From Candidatus Krumholzibacteriia bacterium (GTDB lineage Bacteria > Krumholzibacteriota > Krumholzibacteriia > Krumholzibacteriales > Krumholzibacteriaceae), in the NCBI GenBank assembly GCA_963836185.1, contig CAWIIQ010000001.1, forward strand, positions 1,536,001 through 1,600,000: a DNA stretch of 64,000 nucleotides, read 5' to 3'. The notes beneath the pieces are model-generated. The model was not told the DNA's origin and did no database searches. It saw only the letters and a list, made by a program, of their open reading frames with translations. A program made the translations under genes and the position numbers. Each line of letters starts with the position of its first letter. Within the stretch, counting starts at the first letter, position 1. Shown here in pieces: positions 26,859 to 36,879 of this stretch.

Positions 26859-28848
26859 TCGCGAAAGGTCTTTCCCCTGAAACTTTGAATCCCGCCACCA
26901 GGTCCTCTATCTCCAGGATGAGCAGGTACCTTCCGGGCTCGAGCGAAGCGGCGTCGAGCATGAGATCGTCGCTTGTCGAACGTTCCGATGTCATCTGTTC
27001 GATAGAGCTGGATATATAGACTCGCGGCCCGGGCTTTGAACCCCTGACACTGGCGGTGATCCAGTCCCACGTCCCGGATGGTCCTTCCGTTTCATCGTTT
27101 GAAGTCACACTCCATGTCATCCTGTATCTGGCGATGTTTTCCGTATTCCTCCTGAGATTATAGATCTCATACGAGACACATAGCGCTGATCCGGCCGCAT
27201 ATGAAGGAAGCGGGTCCATCAGGTCCGTGCATACGCCTTCCTCGTCACGAAGAGAGAGCCTCAGGCCGCTGAGGGAGAGATTGTTTCCGCCTAGATCGCG
27301 AATGGTAAGCGGGTTTCTGCGCACAGCCCTGCCCGGAGGCTTTCCACCGGTGATCTCCACTGCGAAGCTGCTTTGGAGTTGAAGAGGCGGCAGTTCCATC
27401 GTGAACGGAAATAGACGCCAGTATACGGAGGATTTCTTGAAATGCCGCAGTGTATCGGGATCGAATGATCTGCTCTCGGAAAGAAATACCTTCCAGTCGT
27501 TATCGAAAAGGGTGAAATCCAGATTGTATGATCCAGCTCCCGAAGCGATCAGGGAGTCGGGCAGTGCCACGGCGAAATCAACGCGTGTTTTGTCCCCTGA
27601 TCCCCTGAACTGAACGTTCTCGATCACGAGCGGGATATGTGTGTAATCGACCGGGTAAGTATACATCTGCTGTACGCTCTGGAGTATCCCCTCGGTGATC
27701 ATCGCGTAGTCATAGAACTTGCGGTCGATAGGGATGTGATAGTTGCCGTTGAGAAATTCGTCCTGAAAGTAGAGCATGAACATCTTGTCGCCCTGAAGAT
27801 ATGTCCAGACGACGAACGGGCCGTCGACTCCCGATCCTATCTTGAGAAGGAGGAGTGGCGGAAGGCCGTAGCTGACAAGAGCCCTGCCGCGTGCGGTCTG
27901 GACGCCTTCGAGGCCGAGCCTTCTGTCTGTCAGCAGCTCCGTGCACAGAAATACTCTCTTGTAATGTTCCAGTCTGCGTTCATTGACTATCGTGGCGGGT
28001 GTCGGATCATTCATTATCCAGAACTTGCGGTTGAATTCGTTGCGGTTCCTCTCATCCAGATTCAGATAAGTATATCGTTCCTCCATCGGCAGCAGGAGGC
28101 TGACATCTTCATACATATACCTGGTGTCCGCATCCATCATGACGAGGGCGGAATCGAATCCGGAGCAGGCCGCGTCAAACCTGTTTCTCTCGAGATCCAC
28201 GGATGACGAGAGAAGTCTGAATCTGTATGATCCCGGATGATGAGCTTCTCCAGCCCTGGCGCAGCGCACACATACATCGAAACGTTCCCTGAGATATTGA
28301 AGAAGTCCGAGATCGAAAAGTGTCTCCTGGTGGTCCCCGCGAATATTGTTCGCCCTGCCGAAACACCTGATCGCGTTATCCAGGTGTTTCTCTGAACACA
28401 TATTCCTCAGATAGAGGTCCTTCTCGATCCTCCCCTTGTGGAACCAGGCCTGGAAACAACCAGGGTCCAGTTCTATCGCCTTATCAAGTGACGCGACTGC
28501 GGATCCCGTAAACTGTCTCGCATACTGAGTCAGACCCATTTCGACATGATAGGAGGGATTCTCCGGGTCCAGCTCAAGGGCCTTTTCTATCGCCTGAAGA
28601 GAGAGGAGCCTCGATTCCGGCGTACCCACGGCACGATAACAGACAGCGAGTCTCCTGTATGCCTCAGGAGCGTCAGGGTCGCTGCGTATCTGCGTCCGCA
28701 GGGCCTTGATCGTGTCATCTGCGCACTCTCTCAGCGTGATATCGCCGCAATCGATGAAATCCTCATCGAGAGTCGGTGGATGCATTCCCGAGCATGATAC
28801 AGCAAGAAAGATTGCAGGTGCGGCGACAGTCAGAAGGAGCCTGAGCAA
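26836..28848 (-). CDS. TPR-repeat lipoprotein with a GWxTD-like domain
   Basis: TTG start after GGAGGT; lipobox LAVSC; TPRs; FW..NDPTP.T.VNE...EHYKR and GVQTARGRALVSYGLP (GWxTDRG-like). Confidence 0.75.
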   Translation of the reverse strand: MLRLLLTVAAPAIFLAVSCSGMHPPTLDEDFIDCGDITLRECADDTIKALRTQIRSDPDAPEAYRRLAVCYRAVGTPESRLLSLQAIEKALELDPENPSYHVEMGLTQYARQFTGSAVASLDKAIELDPGCFQAWFHKGRIEKDLYLRNMCSEKHLDNAIRCFGRANNIRGDHQETLFDLGLLQYLRERFDVCVRCARAGEAHHPGSYRFRLLSSSVDLERNRFDAACSGFDSALVMMDADTRYMYEDVSLLLPMEERYTYLNLDERNRNEFNRKFWIMNDPTPATIVNERRLEHYKRVFLCTELLTDRRLGLEGVQTARGRALVSYGLPPLLLLKIGSGVDGPFVVWTYLQGDKMFMLYFQDEFLNGNYHIPIDRKFYDYAMITEGILQSVQQMYTYPVDYTHIPLVIENVQFRGSGDKTRVDFAVALPDSLIASGAGSYNLDFTLFDNDWKVFLSESRSFDPDTLRHFKKSSVYWRLFPFTMELPPLQLQSSFAVEITGGKPPGRAVRRNPLTIRDLGGNNLSLSGLRLSLRDEEGVCTDLMDPLPSYAAGSALCVSYEIYNLRRNTENIARYRMTWSVTSNDETEGPSGTWDWITASVRGSKPGPRVYISSSIEQMTSERSTSDDLMLDAASLEPGRYLLILEIEDLVAGFKVSGERPFAIIPRTGS

Positions 28849-28885
28849 CGGGATACCTCCATGGCGGGCTTCGGGAACACTTTAA

Positions 28886-28914
28886 ATATTATATCACAAC
28901 ATGTTAGAGGTCAA
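28886..28914 (-). promoter_or_regulatory. Sigma70-type promoter of the GWxTD gene
   Basis: Minus strand TTGACC-17 nt-TAATAT, overlapping a TATAAT. Confidence 0.45.
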
Positions 28915-29020
28915 GAAACCCATCCTTCGATCCTGTGGGCCTGCCAGTGCGGAGAGGAACGATAATTGCTTCAAAATCATCGGAATATTGCGTTTTGAAA
29001 TGGTTCAGGAGCTCTTTCAG

Positions 29021-30481
29021 ATGACGGAAACGCTGCTTGAAACACTACCGGCCGGATTCAGGAAACTGGAGGCCGCTGTTCACAGCCTCGCAAGGCTGCT
29101 GATGCAGAGGAATCTTTTTCCAGATACCCACCCGTCTGTCAGGAATGCCCTGGGAAGTTTTATGGAGTCCCTGGCATCACTGATCGACAGCAGGGCATCC
29201 GTGGTCCTCAAGACCGGCGGAGGTTCGATAAGACTCCTTAACTTCGAAGTGGATATTACCGATACGAACGACAACGCAGTTCACTTTCTCCGTAGAGCTC
29301 TTGAAAGCCTGTCTATTGGAGAGATCGAGTTTATGGCCGGGACAGAAAAGGACGAGGTCCTTGCCTTTGTCGAGATCGCGGCGGCGAGTATACGCAGAGA
29401 CAAGACACTCGACCTGCCGGCGATATGGCGCCGTATCGAGAGGATAAGGATAAGGCATTCCACTGAAGGATCGGATATCGCGGGCTCCAGGGAGATCATT
29501 CCCGTACCGGTTAAAAAGAATGAGGATGATCAAGGCTATCAGCCGGATACGAGGGAAGAGAGCGCGGCAGCCAGGATGATAAGCGGAGTACTCGGAAAGC
29601 TTGCCAAGATCAGTTCTGATGAAAGCGGAAAAGCCGGAAGGATGATAATCCGGACCGTGGACAGTGAGGGAGGCAACAGCACGACATTCCTCCTTCTAAA
29701 ATCTCTCAAGGAGTATGACGACTATACCTTTGATCATTCTATCAATGTCGCCGTGATATCGGCGGCTATAGCGCGGCGCATCGGATATAGCGACGAGGAG
29801 ATCGGCCGTATAGGAACGGCGGCTATCCTGCATGACATCGGAAAACTTTACGTTCCGCGCGAGATAATACACAAGGCCGGAAGACTGACTCCGGCTGAAT
29901 GGCAGAAAGTAAAACGTCACCCGGTCGACGGAGAAAAAATACTCCGGGATGAGGGGATGGACCTTCTGGCACGCAGGGTCGCGTATGAGCATCACATGCG
30001 TTACGACGCAAAGGGTTACCCGAGGCCCAAGGAGGGTGAGAAATGTCTCGAAGCGAGCGATATCGTGAGAATCGCTGACACGTACGACGCTTTGACGACA
30101 AGACGCCCATACAGGAAACAGATCAGTCCGTTCGAGGCTTTGAAGCTGATGGAGAAAGGCAAGGGCAGCGAGTTCCATCCCGTTTACTTCGATGTCTTCC
30201 TTGGAGTGATGGGAAACGTTCCGATAGGGAGCGTTCTTGTCCTCGAGAGTGGAGAAAGGGTCCTCGTAGTCGAGGTCGGTGCTGACGGGAAACTGCCGAG
30301 GGCGAGGATCATTTCTGACAGCTATGGAAACGAGATCTCGGATGGACCAGTCATAGATCTCGGCGAAAGCGATCCCGAGACGGGAGCATCCCGGTACAAG
30401 GTGCACAGCGTCTCGGACACCCCCGTGAGGGACGTCGACATAGGCAAGTATGTCACGGGAAATACTGGAGGATCCTCTTAA
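29021..30481 (+). CDS. HD-GYP domain c-di-GMP phosphodiesterase
   Basis: YTFDHSINVA, LHDIGK, HPVDG, EHHMRYDAKGYP, ADTYDALTTRRPYR; ATG 29021 follows AGGAG. Confidence 0.87.
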   Translation: MTETLLETLPAGFRKLEAAVHSLARLLMQRNLFPDTHPSVRNALGSFMESLASLIDSRASVVLKTGGGSIRLLNFEVDITDTNDNAVHFLRRALESLSIGEIEFMAGTEKDEVLAFVEIAAASIRRDKTLDLPAIWRRIERIRIRHSTEGSDIAGSREIIPVPVKKNEDDQGYQPDTREESAAARMISGVLGKLAKISSDESGKAGRMIIRTVDSEGGNSTTFLLLKSLKEYDDYTFDHSINVAVISAAIARRIGYSDEEIGRIGTAAILHDIGKLYVPREIIHKAGRLTPAEWQKVKRHPVDGEKILRDEGMDLLARRVAYEHHMRYDAKGYPRPKEGEKCLEASDIVRIADTYDALTTRRPYRKQISPFEALKLMEKGKGSEFHPVYFDVFLGVMGNVPIGSVLVLESGERVLVVEVGADGKLPRARIISDSYGNEISDGPVIDLGESDPETGASRYKVHSVSDTPVRDVDIGKYVTGNTGGSS

Positions 30482-30482
30482 T

Positions 30483-30528
30483 AAAAAGCCCAGGACGATC
30501 ATCCCCACGTGCGATGATCATCCCGGGC
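30483..30528 (-). terminator. Rho-independent terminator for the 30553..30948 gene, between convergent genes
   Basis: Minus strand GCCCGGGATGATCATC-N9-GATGATCGTCCTGGGC-TTTTT. Confidence 0.8.
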
Positions 30529-30552
30529 GTCATCCCATCGATCTGCCGGGCG

Positions 30553-30948
30553 CTAGAGTGTCCCGGGCTTTCCGACCTGCTTGATCTTTCCGAAGGCGGC
30601 CCAGGTATATGCTACCTTGTCGGATTTCGAGTATATGACGAATTCTACCGATTTTCCGTCCTTCAGGGCGGTACCGGATCTCGCCAGGGTCTCTTCTCCA
30701 TCCGTGACCATGATCCAGCCCCTTGGCGAGAACACGTCGACTATCGCCGCTTCCGGGTCGATCAGTCTGAGAGCGTATACGTCGTTGCCCGATGCTGTCA
30801 TCCGGAGCCTTACCATGAAGACACCGTCCTCCATGGCAGTGACGCTCTTGGTGATCTTCGGGGCGCCGGCTATTACGGCCTGACCTGCTATCACCATAAG
30901 CAGCAAAGCCGCGGAAACGACTATTGCTCTTTTCTTGAGTGCGGACAT
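30553..30948 (-). CDS. Small secreted hypothetical beta-rich protein
   Basis: RBS GGGAG, signal peptide, own promoter and terminator. Confidence 0.65.
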   Translation of the reverse strand: MSALKKRAIVVSAALLLMVIAGQAVIAGAPKITKSVTAMEDGVFMVRLRMTASGNDVYALRLIDPEAAIVDVFSPRGWIMVTDGEETLARSGTALKDGKSVEFVIYSKSDKVAYTWAAFGKIKQVGKPGTL

Positions 30949-31031
30949 CTTATTAACTCCCTTTTGGTTACCAGAGATGCTTGATTTAGAGAGTGAGCAA
31001 ATGCGCTCAATGCCTTGCCCTGCACTTGATT

Positions 31032-31060
31032 ATTATAGCATATTGCGTAATCCGTGTATA
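31032..31060 (-). promoter_or_regulatory. Extended -10 promoter for the 30948 gene
   Basis: Minus strand TATACA-17 nt-TATAAT with TGc immediately before the -10. Confidence 0.55.
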
Positions 31061-31195
31061 GGGGGTAAAATGTGCCTCAGGGGTGGAGATGCCTGTTTTT
31101 ATGGCATGTTACTTTCATTTATAGCAGAGAGACCCGGGAGCCGGAAGGCCGCCGGGAGGGGCGAAGGTATATATCTATTATCGTGAAGGACTTAT

Positions 31196-31558
31196 ATGCC
31201 CGGAAAGATTATGGTCGTCGATGATGAGATGCATCTTGCAAGGATACTGCAATTCACCCTGGAACATGCAGGCTATGATGTCGTGACCGCGTTTGATGGC
31301 AGGGAAGCTATCGATGCACTCGACAAAGAAGCGTTTGACCTCGTCATTCTCGATCTCATGCTTCCTGTAGTCGATGGTTACAAGGTCTGCAACATCATTA
31401 AGACGAGCGACAGGTTCAAGGATACTCCAGTAATCATCCTCTCCGCGAGAGACTTCGGACGGGAAGAGCTCGATGAACCCCTCAACGCAGATCTCCTCAT
31501 GGAGAAGCCGTTCAATACAGAGGATCTCCTCGATGAAATAGCCAGACTTATGGGATAG
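31196..31558 (+). CDS. Single-domain response regulator (receiver)
   Basis: VVDDE, LDLMLP (phospho-Asp), LSA, KPF. Confidence 0.9.
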   Translation: MPGKIMVVDDEMHLARILQFTLEHAGYDVVTAFDGREAIDALDKEAFDLVILDLMLPVVDGYKVCNIIKTSDRFKDTPVIILSARDFGREELDEPLNADLLMEKPFNTEDLLDEIARLMG

Positions 31559-31561
31559 GGC

Positions 31562-32197
31562 CTATACCGGCTGCATAAAGAGCGCGTCGTCGGTACCACT
31601 GCCGCCGGCTTTCGCCGTGTCGCGATCTGCGGAACCTGCGCAGATGCGCTGCTTTTTCTCTTCTATCATATTTTCGATAGAGATCCTCGTCTCCGCGGCC
31701 TCGGGTCCGGAAAGCATCGACAGGCTCTTCTGAAGGATCTCGATCTCATGTCTTTCTTTTTCCCTGGTATCATGGACGACGGTGTTCCAGATCGATTCAA
31801 ACTCTCCGAACGGCCCGGTACCGTTTGTCATCGATGTCTCGGGGTATCTGTTCTCTGCAGCTTTCCTGAGTCCTGACATGACTATGCCGAGAGAAATGAA
31901 CATCTTCGATGTGAGGAGTCTCGAAAGGAACCAGAAGGAGACGATGATGACACCGACAAATCCTATGGTATTGATTACGAGAAGAGATTTGAGCTTGGTG
32001 ACGATCGGGGCAAGTTCCGGAAATTGCATGGCGACAGCAGTCTCGCTTGATATGAGTGCGAAATAGAAGGAGATGCCAAATGCGAGTGCGACTGCACTGG
32101 AGCTGAGCAGGACCATAAGCCCGGTTCGTATCCTGATTCCGGAAGTCATCTCATTAGAATAGTCGTAACCTTTTGTAACTTTGTCATTAACAGGCAT
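31562..32197 (-). CDS. Two-TM membrane protein with a degenerate HAMP-like segment
   Basis: ATG 32197 after GGGGAG; two hydrophobic helices followed by amphipathic helices and no output domain. Confidence 0.55.
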   Translation of the reverse strand: MPVNDKVTKGYDYSNEMTSGIRIRTGLMVLLSSSAVALAFGISFYFALISSETAVAMQFPELAPIVTKLKSLLVINTIGFVGVIIVSFWFLSRLLTSKMFISLGIVMSGLRKAAENRYPETSMTNGTGPFGEFESIWNTVVHDTREKERHEIEILQKSLSMLSGPEAAETRISIENMIEEKKQRICAGSADRDTAKAGGSGTDDALFMQPV

Positions 32198-32299
32198 TTT
32201 CAACTCCCCGTTATTTCGACCGGCATCCAGGGGCTGGATTCCCATGCTGCCGAACGTACCGTTCCGGCATGTAATCATCAATAAATGTGCCAGAGGGGG

Positions 32300-33070
32300 T
32301 TATCTTGGGGTCAGAAAGTACTCTATCGCGGCTTTCAACTCATCCGTATCAATTGTCGTATCTGTGCAGGGGCCCTCAGGCCTCGTGTTAGGTATGCCGA
32401 TTACGGGGATCCGCGGGGCAACATCCTGGATCCCGGCGATGAGGTCCCGTTCGCAAGCTACCGCGACGATAGCACCTGGAGAGGTGTCCCGGATTATTTG
32501 CCTCGCTTCCGTTCCGCCCGGTGCCGTGTGGAGGCTGACGTCCTCGTAACCCGAACAGAGTTCCCTGGCACTTGCCCGTATGTCAGCTCGCAGGCACCGG
32601 GGAAAGAGAACGAGTACGGGGCCGGGCCCCTTGCCGGGACCGGTAAGCTCGTTGGCTACACGGATGAACGAATGGCTCAATCTGTCTTTTGATATCCCGA
32701 CAGAGGCAGCCAGCCTTGACACGAAGGGGAGCATGATGAAGAAAAGCCTGCTCCCGCGCGTCAGGCAGACATTGACGTATCGTTTGTTTCCGACCACGGC
32801 GACTACGAGGATGATGTACCAGGCTACGAGAAACAGAGCTGCGGCACCGAGCGCGCCGGTGATCACCAGCGCCCATATCTGCCCGAATGATTCGAATCGT
32901 GGAAGAACGAGGTACCAGAACAAGAGGACTATGACTACAAAAAGAGCGAGGACGACGAGGGAGAGATAGAGGAATGTATTCCTGCTCTCCGAGGTGTCCG
33001 GCTCCTGCTTCCTGCCGTCCCAGTCGAGCCACTCATCTCCGAGGACTCTTTTTTTTCTCTTATCGTTCAT
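32300..33070 (-). CDS. DUF116 family membrane protein
   Basis: Two TMs, then LFPRCLR, PGG.EAR, AVACERDL..G, GIPN.RPEGPC.DT; start position approximate. Confidence 0.75.
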   Translation of the reverse strand: MNDKRKKRVLGDEWLDWDGRKQEPDTSESRNTFLYLSLVVLALFVVIVLLFWYLVLPRFESFGQIWALVITGALGAAALFLVAWYIILVVAVVGNKRYVNVCLTRGSRLFFIMLPFVSRLAASVGISKDRLSHSFIRVANELTGPGKGPGPVLVLFPRCLRADIRASARELCSGYEDVSLHTAPGGTEARQIIRDTSPGAIVAVACERDLIAGIQDVAPRIPVIGIPNTRPEGPCTDTTIDTDELKAAIEYFLTPR

Positions 33071-33145
33071 CCATGGTCCAATCGAGGAATATCCTTTCCA
33101 GAATGTAGCCCAATGGGTTTTAATCTTCAACAGGATAAACCTGGC

Positions 33146-34030
33146 ATGAGAGAAGAGAAGACATACGGTGCCCTGTCACTCGGGGTGGTTTCAATATCGT
33201 TCGCCGCGGTATTCATAAGACTCGCGGATGGCCCCGCCGCGTCAGTCGCCGCTTTGCGCCTTCTCTTCGCCACGTTGATACTTCTGCCGTTCGTGCTCTT
33301 TTCCGGGAGGACCCGTAGAGCCCTCGTCTCACTTCGCGGTGTGGAGAAGGGGCTTCTGGCCCTGGCCGGTTTCTTTCTCGCCGTTCATTTCTTCTCCTGG
33401 ATAGCTTCACTCTCATTTACCGGGATCACGAGCAGCATAGTATTTGTTACGACAAGCCCGATCTTTGTCGAGCTGTATGCCGTCACGCTGAAGAGGGAGA
33501 GATCCTCGGCCAGGGTCTGGACAGGTATCGCGCTTGCAGTCGTCGGCAGTGTGATCCTCGGGGGCGGAAACATTGCCGCCGGGGGAGAGAGCTGGAAGGG
33601 CGATCTGCTCGCCGTCTGCGGAGCCGTAGCAGTAGCAGGTTATTTTATCGTCGGCAGCAGACTGAGGCCGAGACTCCCCCTGCTCGCTTACATCTTCCCG
33701 GTTTACGGCACAGCCGCGGTGCTTCTCGCATTTGCGGCGCTCATTTTCGGGCCCGGTCTCTCTGCCCTTCCTTCGAAGGTCTACTTCTACTGTTTCATCA
33801 TGGCTCTGGTATGTCAGGTGACGGGCCACTCGCTCTTCAACTGGGCGCTGCGCAGGATGAAGACCACTTTTGTGGCGATGGCGACTCTGGGAGAACCGGT
33901 AGGAACCACATTGCTCGCATGGCTCATCCTGGGAGAGACGCCCATATCCAGTGAGATCCTCGGAGGATCGGTGATACTTGCCGGTGTGTTTGTCGTGCTT
34001 ACCGGAGATCCGTTTCGAGTCAGAGAGTGA
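33146..34030 (+). CDS. DMT/EamA family transporter
   Basis: About 10 TM helices; SISFAAVFIR, HFFSWIASL, GD.LA..GA, GHSLFNWAL, EPVG. Confidence 0.85.
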   Translation: MREEKTYGALSLGVVSISFAAVFIRLADGPAASVAALRLLFATLILLPFVLFSGRTRRALVSLRGVEKGLLALAGFFLAVHFFSWIASLSFTGITSSIVFVTTSPIFVELYAVTLKRERSSARVWTGIALAVVGSVILGGGNIAAGGESWKGDLLAVCGAVAVAGYFIVGSRLRPRLPLLAYIFPVYGTAAVLLAFAALIFGPGLSALPSKVYFYCFIMALVCQVTGHSLFNWALRRMKTTFVAMATLGEPVGTTLLAWLILGETPISSEILGGSVILAGVFVVLTGDPFRVRE

Positions 34031-35150
34031 TAAGGAGTTCCCTGACCTCATCGGCCAGCGCCTCATCTCCCTGCCAATTCTCGAGAAACAGACTGAAGGC
34101 GTTCCTGGCATCTTCCCGCCGTCCAAGGCGCATCAGGGAATGACCGAGATAGTACAGGGTAGTCGGCGGCGCGTTTCCCGATGCCTGCAGTTTCTCGAGA
34201 ATGGATACAGCCTTATCAAATTCCTTCGTCCGGATATAGACCATTGCTATGCCCGTCTGAATTTCAGGATCATCCGGAGCGAGAGCGAGTGCGCTGTTCC
34301 ATGACTCAAGAGATTTATCGAAGTGATCAAGTTCGTATTCAGTCTTGGCAAGGCCGATCCACGCTTCGACATTTGAATGGTCCCTGTAGAGAGCCAGGCG
34401 GTAGTACTCGTCAGCATCCTTGAAATCTTCTGTTTCGAAAGACGCGATGCCGAGGTTAAAGTAAATGTCGCTTCCTGACTTGCCCGCTTCTTTCGCCGTC
34501 TGCAGCACCTGCAGCGCGTCGGTGTACATGTGCCTGGCGTTCATCACCTTTCCGAGCAGAAGAAGATAATCAGGTTCCGAACTGAGCCACGCTCGCAATG
34601 AGATCAGCTGAGCATAGGCTGCCTGGTAGTTCTGCTGCATATAATATGCTTCGGCGAGGACGAGGTTTGCCCGGGCATCGTGCGGTGAATAGCGCAACGC
34701 GTCGGTAGCGTATTTTTCGGCGGTGCTGTACAGTTCCTGCTCGAGTGCGATCGCGCCGAGACCGGCGTAGGGAGGGTGGAAGTTCGATTTCAGGCTTATC
34801 GAAAACCTGTATGCCCTCTTTGCCTCCGAATATTTTCCCTGCATCTCGAGCGATCGTCCGAGCCCGTATTGCAGTTTGTAATCGTCGTTCTTGATCTTCG
34901 CGGCCGCTTTGAAGTTCTCTTCCGCTCCAGCGTAATCCTCCTGCTCAAGCAGGGCCATTCCGAGATTGTACCTCGTGTCAGGATCCGACGGATCTATCTC
35001 CGCGGCTTTCTTCCAGTTGACGATGGCTTCGTCGATATCGTCCCTGTCAGCTGCTTCGACCCCCAGGTTGTAATATTTGAGAGCTGAATCCCCGCATGAA
35101 CTGAAAAATGCGAGAAAAAGACATGTGATGACGATTGCGTACCATTTCAT
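34020..35150 (-). CDS. TPR-repeat lipoprotein
   Basis: Lipobox FFSSC; many 34-aa TPR units (YNLG, YGLG, FNLG, YYLG). Confidence 0.82.
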   Translation of the reverse strand: MKWYAIVITCLFLAFFSSCGDSALKYYNLGVEAADRDDIDEAIVNWKKAAEIDPSDPDTRYNLGMALLEQEDYAGAEENFKAAAKIKNDDYKLQYGLGRSLEMQGKYSEAKRAYRFSISLKSNFHPPYAGLGAIALEQELYSTAEKYATDALRYSPHDARANLVLAEAYYMQQNYQAAYAQLISLRAWLSSEPDYLLLLGKVMNARHMYTDALQVLQTAKEAGKSGSDIYFNLGIASFETEDFKDADEYYRLALYRDHSNVEAWIGLAKTEYELDHFDKSLESWNSALALAPDDPEIQTGIAMVYIRTKEFDKAVSILEKLQASGNAPPTTLYYLGHSLMRLGRREDARNAFSLFLENWQGDEALADEVRELLITL

Positions 35151-35286
35151 CTAAATTCCTTTCGATTCATCCAGGCGGGGCTTGAACGTGATTATATTCC
35201 AATTCAGGGCAAAAAGAACATAGTAAACAGGGATAAGGGATAAATCGGCGTCGGAATTCCTGATTACACAATGATTTAAAATATAG

Positions 35287-35314
35287 TTGACTTTTTATTT
35301 TTCTATAGTAAGAT
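35287..35314 (+). promoter_or_regulatory. Candidate promoter of the hdr-mvh operon
   Basis: TTGACT-16 nt-TAAGAT in an AT-rich intergenic region. Confidence 0.35.
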
Positions 35315-35390
35315 TTTCAGTTGAGACCTGCTGTTTTTTTTTGCCCTTCAACGATTCAGGAGTCAGGAAATCCTGCGAGGTTAGTTGTAA

Positions 35391-35969
35391 ATGCTTGATA
35401 GAGAAGTGGTTTACGAGTCTGTGCTGGATCACGACTTTCTCGATGAGATCTATTCGCTTCCCGGCGGACACGAGATAAAGAAGTGCATCCAGTGCGGGAC
35501 GTGCAGTGGTTCATGTCCCCAGGGCGCCGTCATGGATTACGCTCCGAGGAAGATATTCTCCCTCATAAGAGCCGGATTCAGGGACGAAGTGCTCGAGTCG
35601 AACACGATATGGTACTGCTCGTCCTGCTACACCTGCGCTGTGAGGTGTCCAAAGGAGATCAAGATCACCGATGTGATGTATGCCCTCAAACGCATCGCAA
35701 TCAAGGAAGGGAAGGCTAAAAAGGGGCGGAAGGCAGCTGTTCTTTCAAAGACTTTCATGAATATGGTGAACAAGTACGGTCGGAATCACGAGACCGAACT
35801 GATGACCCGTTATATCCTTCTGGCCGAGCCGTTCAACGCGTTGAATTTCGTTCCACAGGGATGGAGGCTTTTTTCGAACGGCAGGCTGCCGATCATGCCG
35901 CACAAGATAAAGAATATCGGACAGTTGAGAAAGATCCTGAAAAAGGTCGAAGAGCTCGGGGAGATATAG
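35391..35969 (+). CDS. hdrC: Heterodisulfide reductase subunit C
   Basis: CIQCGTCSGSCP and WYCSSCYTCAVRCP ferredoxin motifs; precedes hdrB. Confidence 0.9.
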   Translation: MLDREVVYESVLDHDFLDEIYSLPGGHEIKKCIQCGTCSGSCPQGAVMDYAPRKIFSLIRAGFRDEVLESNTIWYCSSCYTCAVRCPKEIKITDVMYALKRIAIKEGKAKKGRKAAVLSKTFMNMVNKYGRNHETELMTRYILLAEPFNALNFVPQGWRLFSNGRLPIMPHKIKNIGQLRKILKKVEELGEI

Positions 35970-36878
35970 ATGAAATATACGTATTATCCTGGATGCTCGG
36001 TCAAGGCGACGGCGAACCTCTACCAGGAATCGATCGACGCGGTGATGCCCTCTCTCGGTGTGGAGCTCGAAGAGCTCGATGACTGGAACTGCTGCGGCGC
36101 CACGGCATACATGTCGGTCAAGGAACTGATGAGCTTTGCCATCTCGGCACGCAACCTCGCGATGGCCGAGAAATTCCACAGGGATGTCGTCACACCGTGC
36201 AGCGCGTGCTACCTGGTCCTCAACAAGACCAACCACTATTTCAATGATTATCCCGACATGAGAAAGAAACTCGGGATCGCGCTGGAGGCCGGCGGCCTGA
36301 GCTACAGCGGGAATATCCGCGTCCGCCATCTTCTCGACGTGATAGTTAACGACGTGGGATTCGAAAAGATCTCAGAGCATTCTACGAGCAGGCTTGAAGG
36401 CCTCAACATCGCGCCTTATTACGGGTGCCAGATAGTGAGGCCGACATATTACGGCTGCGGTTCGGACGAGGAGCACGAAGCCGGTTTCGACGATCCCGAT
36501 GATCCGGTCTGCATGGACAGGCTGATCGCGGCCACCGGCGCTACGTGCGTGAAGTACTCGATGAAGACGAAGTGCTGCGGTTCGTCGCTGATGGGCACTG
36601 AGGAGAAGCAGGCGCTGAAGTTGTGCCGCGGGCTTCTCGCCGACGCGGAAAATAATGGTGCTCACTGCATCGTCACCATATGCCCGCTCTGCCAGATGAA
36701 TCTCGATGTATACCAGCCGAAGGTTAACAGCCTCTTCGGCACAAAATTCGATATACCTGTCATCTACTTCACGCAGCTCATCGGGCTCGCGATGGGGAAG
36801 AAACCGAAAGAGCTCGGGCTGGACAAGCTCGCCGTCAAGATGACCGGGCCGATGAAACAGATACTACAGGGAGCGTGA
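35970..36878 (+). CDS. hdrB: Heterodisulfide reductase subunit B
   Basis: YYPGC, WNCCGA, PCSAC, YYGC, KCCG, CPLCQMNLD (two CCG domains). Confidence 0.92.
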   Translation: MKYTYYPGCSVKATANLYQESIDAVMPSLGVELEELDDWNCCGATAYMSVKELMSFAISARNLAMAEKFHRDVVTPCSACYLVLNKTNHYFNDYPDMRKKLGIALEAGGLSYSGNIRVRHLLDVIVNDVGFEKISEHSTSRLEGLNIAPYYGCQIVRPTYYGCGSDEEHEAGFDDPDDPVCMDRLIAATGATCVKYSMKTKCCGSSLMGTEEKQALKLCRGLLADAENNGAHCIVTICPLCQMNLDVYQPKVNSLFGTKFDIPVIYFTQLIGLAMGKKPKELGLDKLAVKMTGPMKQILQGA

Positions 36879-36879
36879 T

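Noticed and set aside
30553-30600. 'FGKIK' near the C-terminus of the 131-aa protein as a third sorting tail
   Set aside because: It lacks the preceding T-acidic-S-W pattern and has a different distance to the terminus; likely coincidence.
30949-31195. c-di-GMP riboswitch or sigma54 promoter near the HD-GYP gene
   Set aside because: No GEMM consensus seen; TGGCATGTTACTTTCA lacks the -12 GC.
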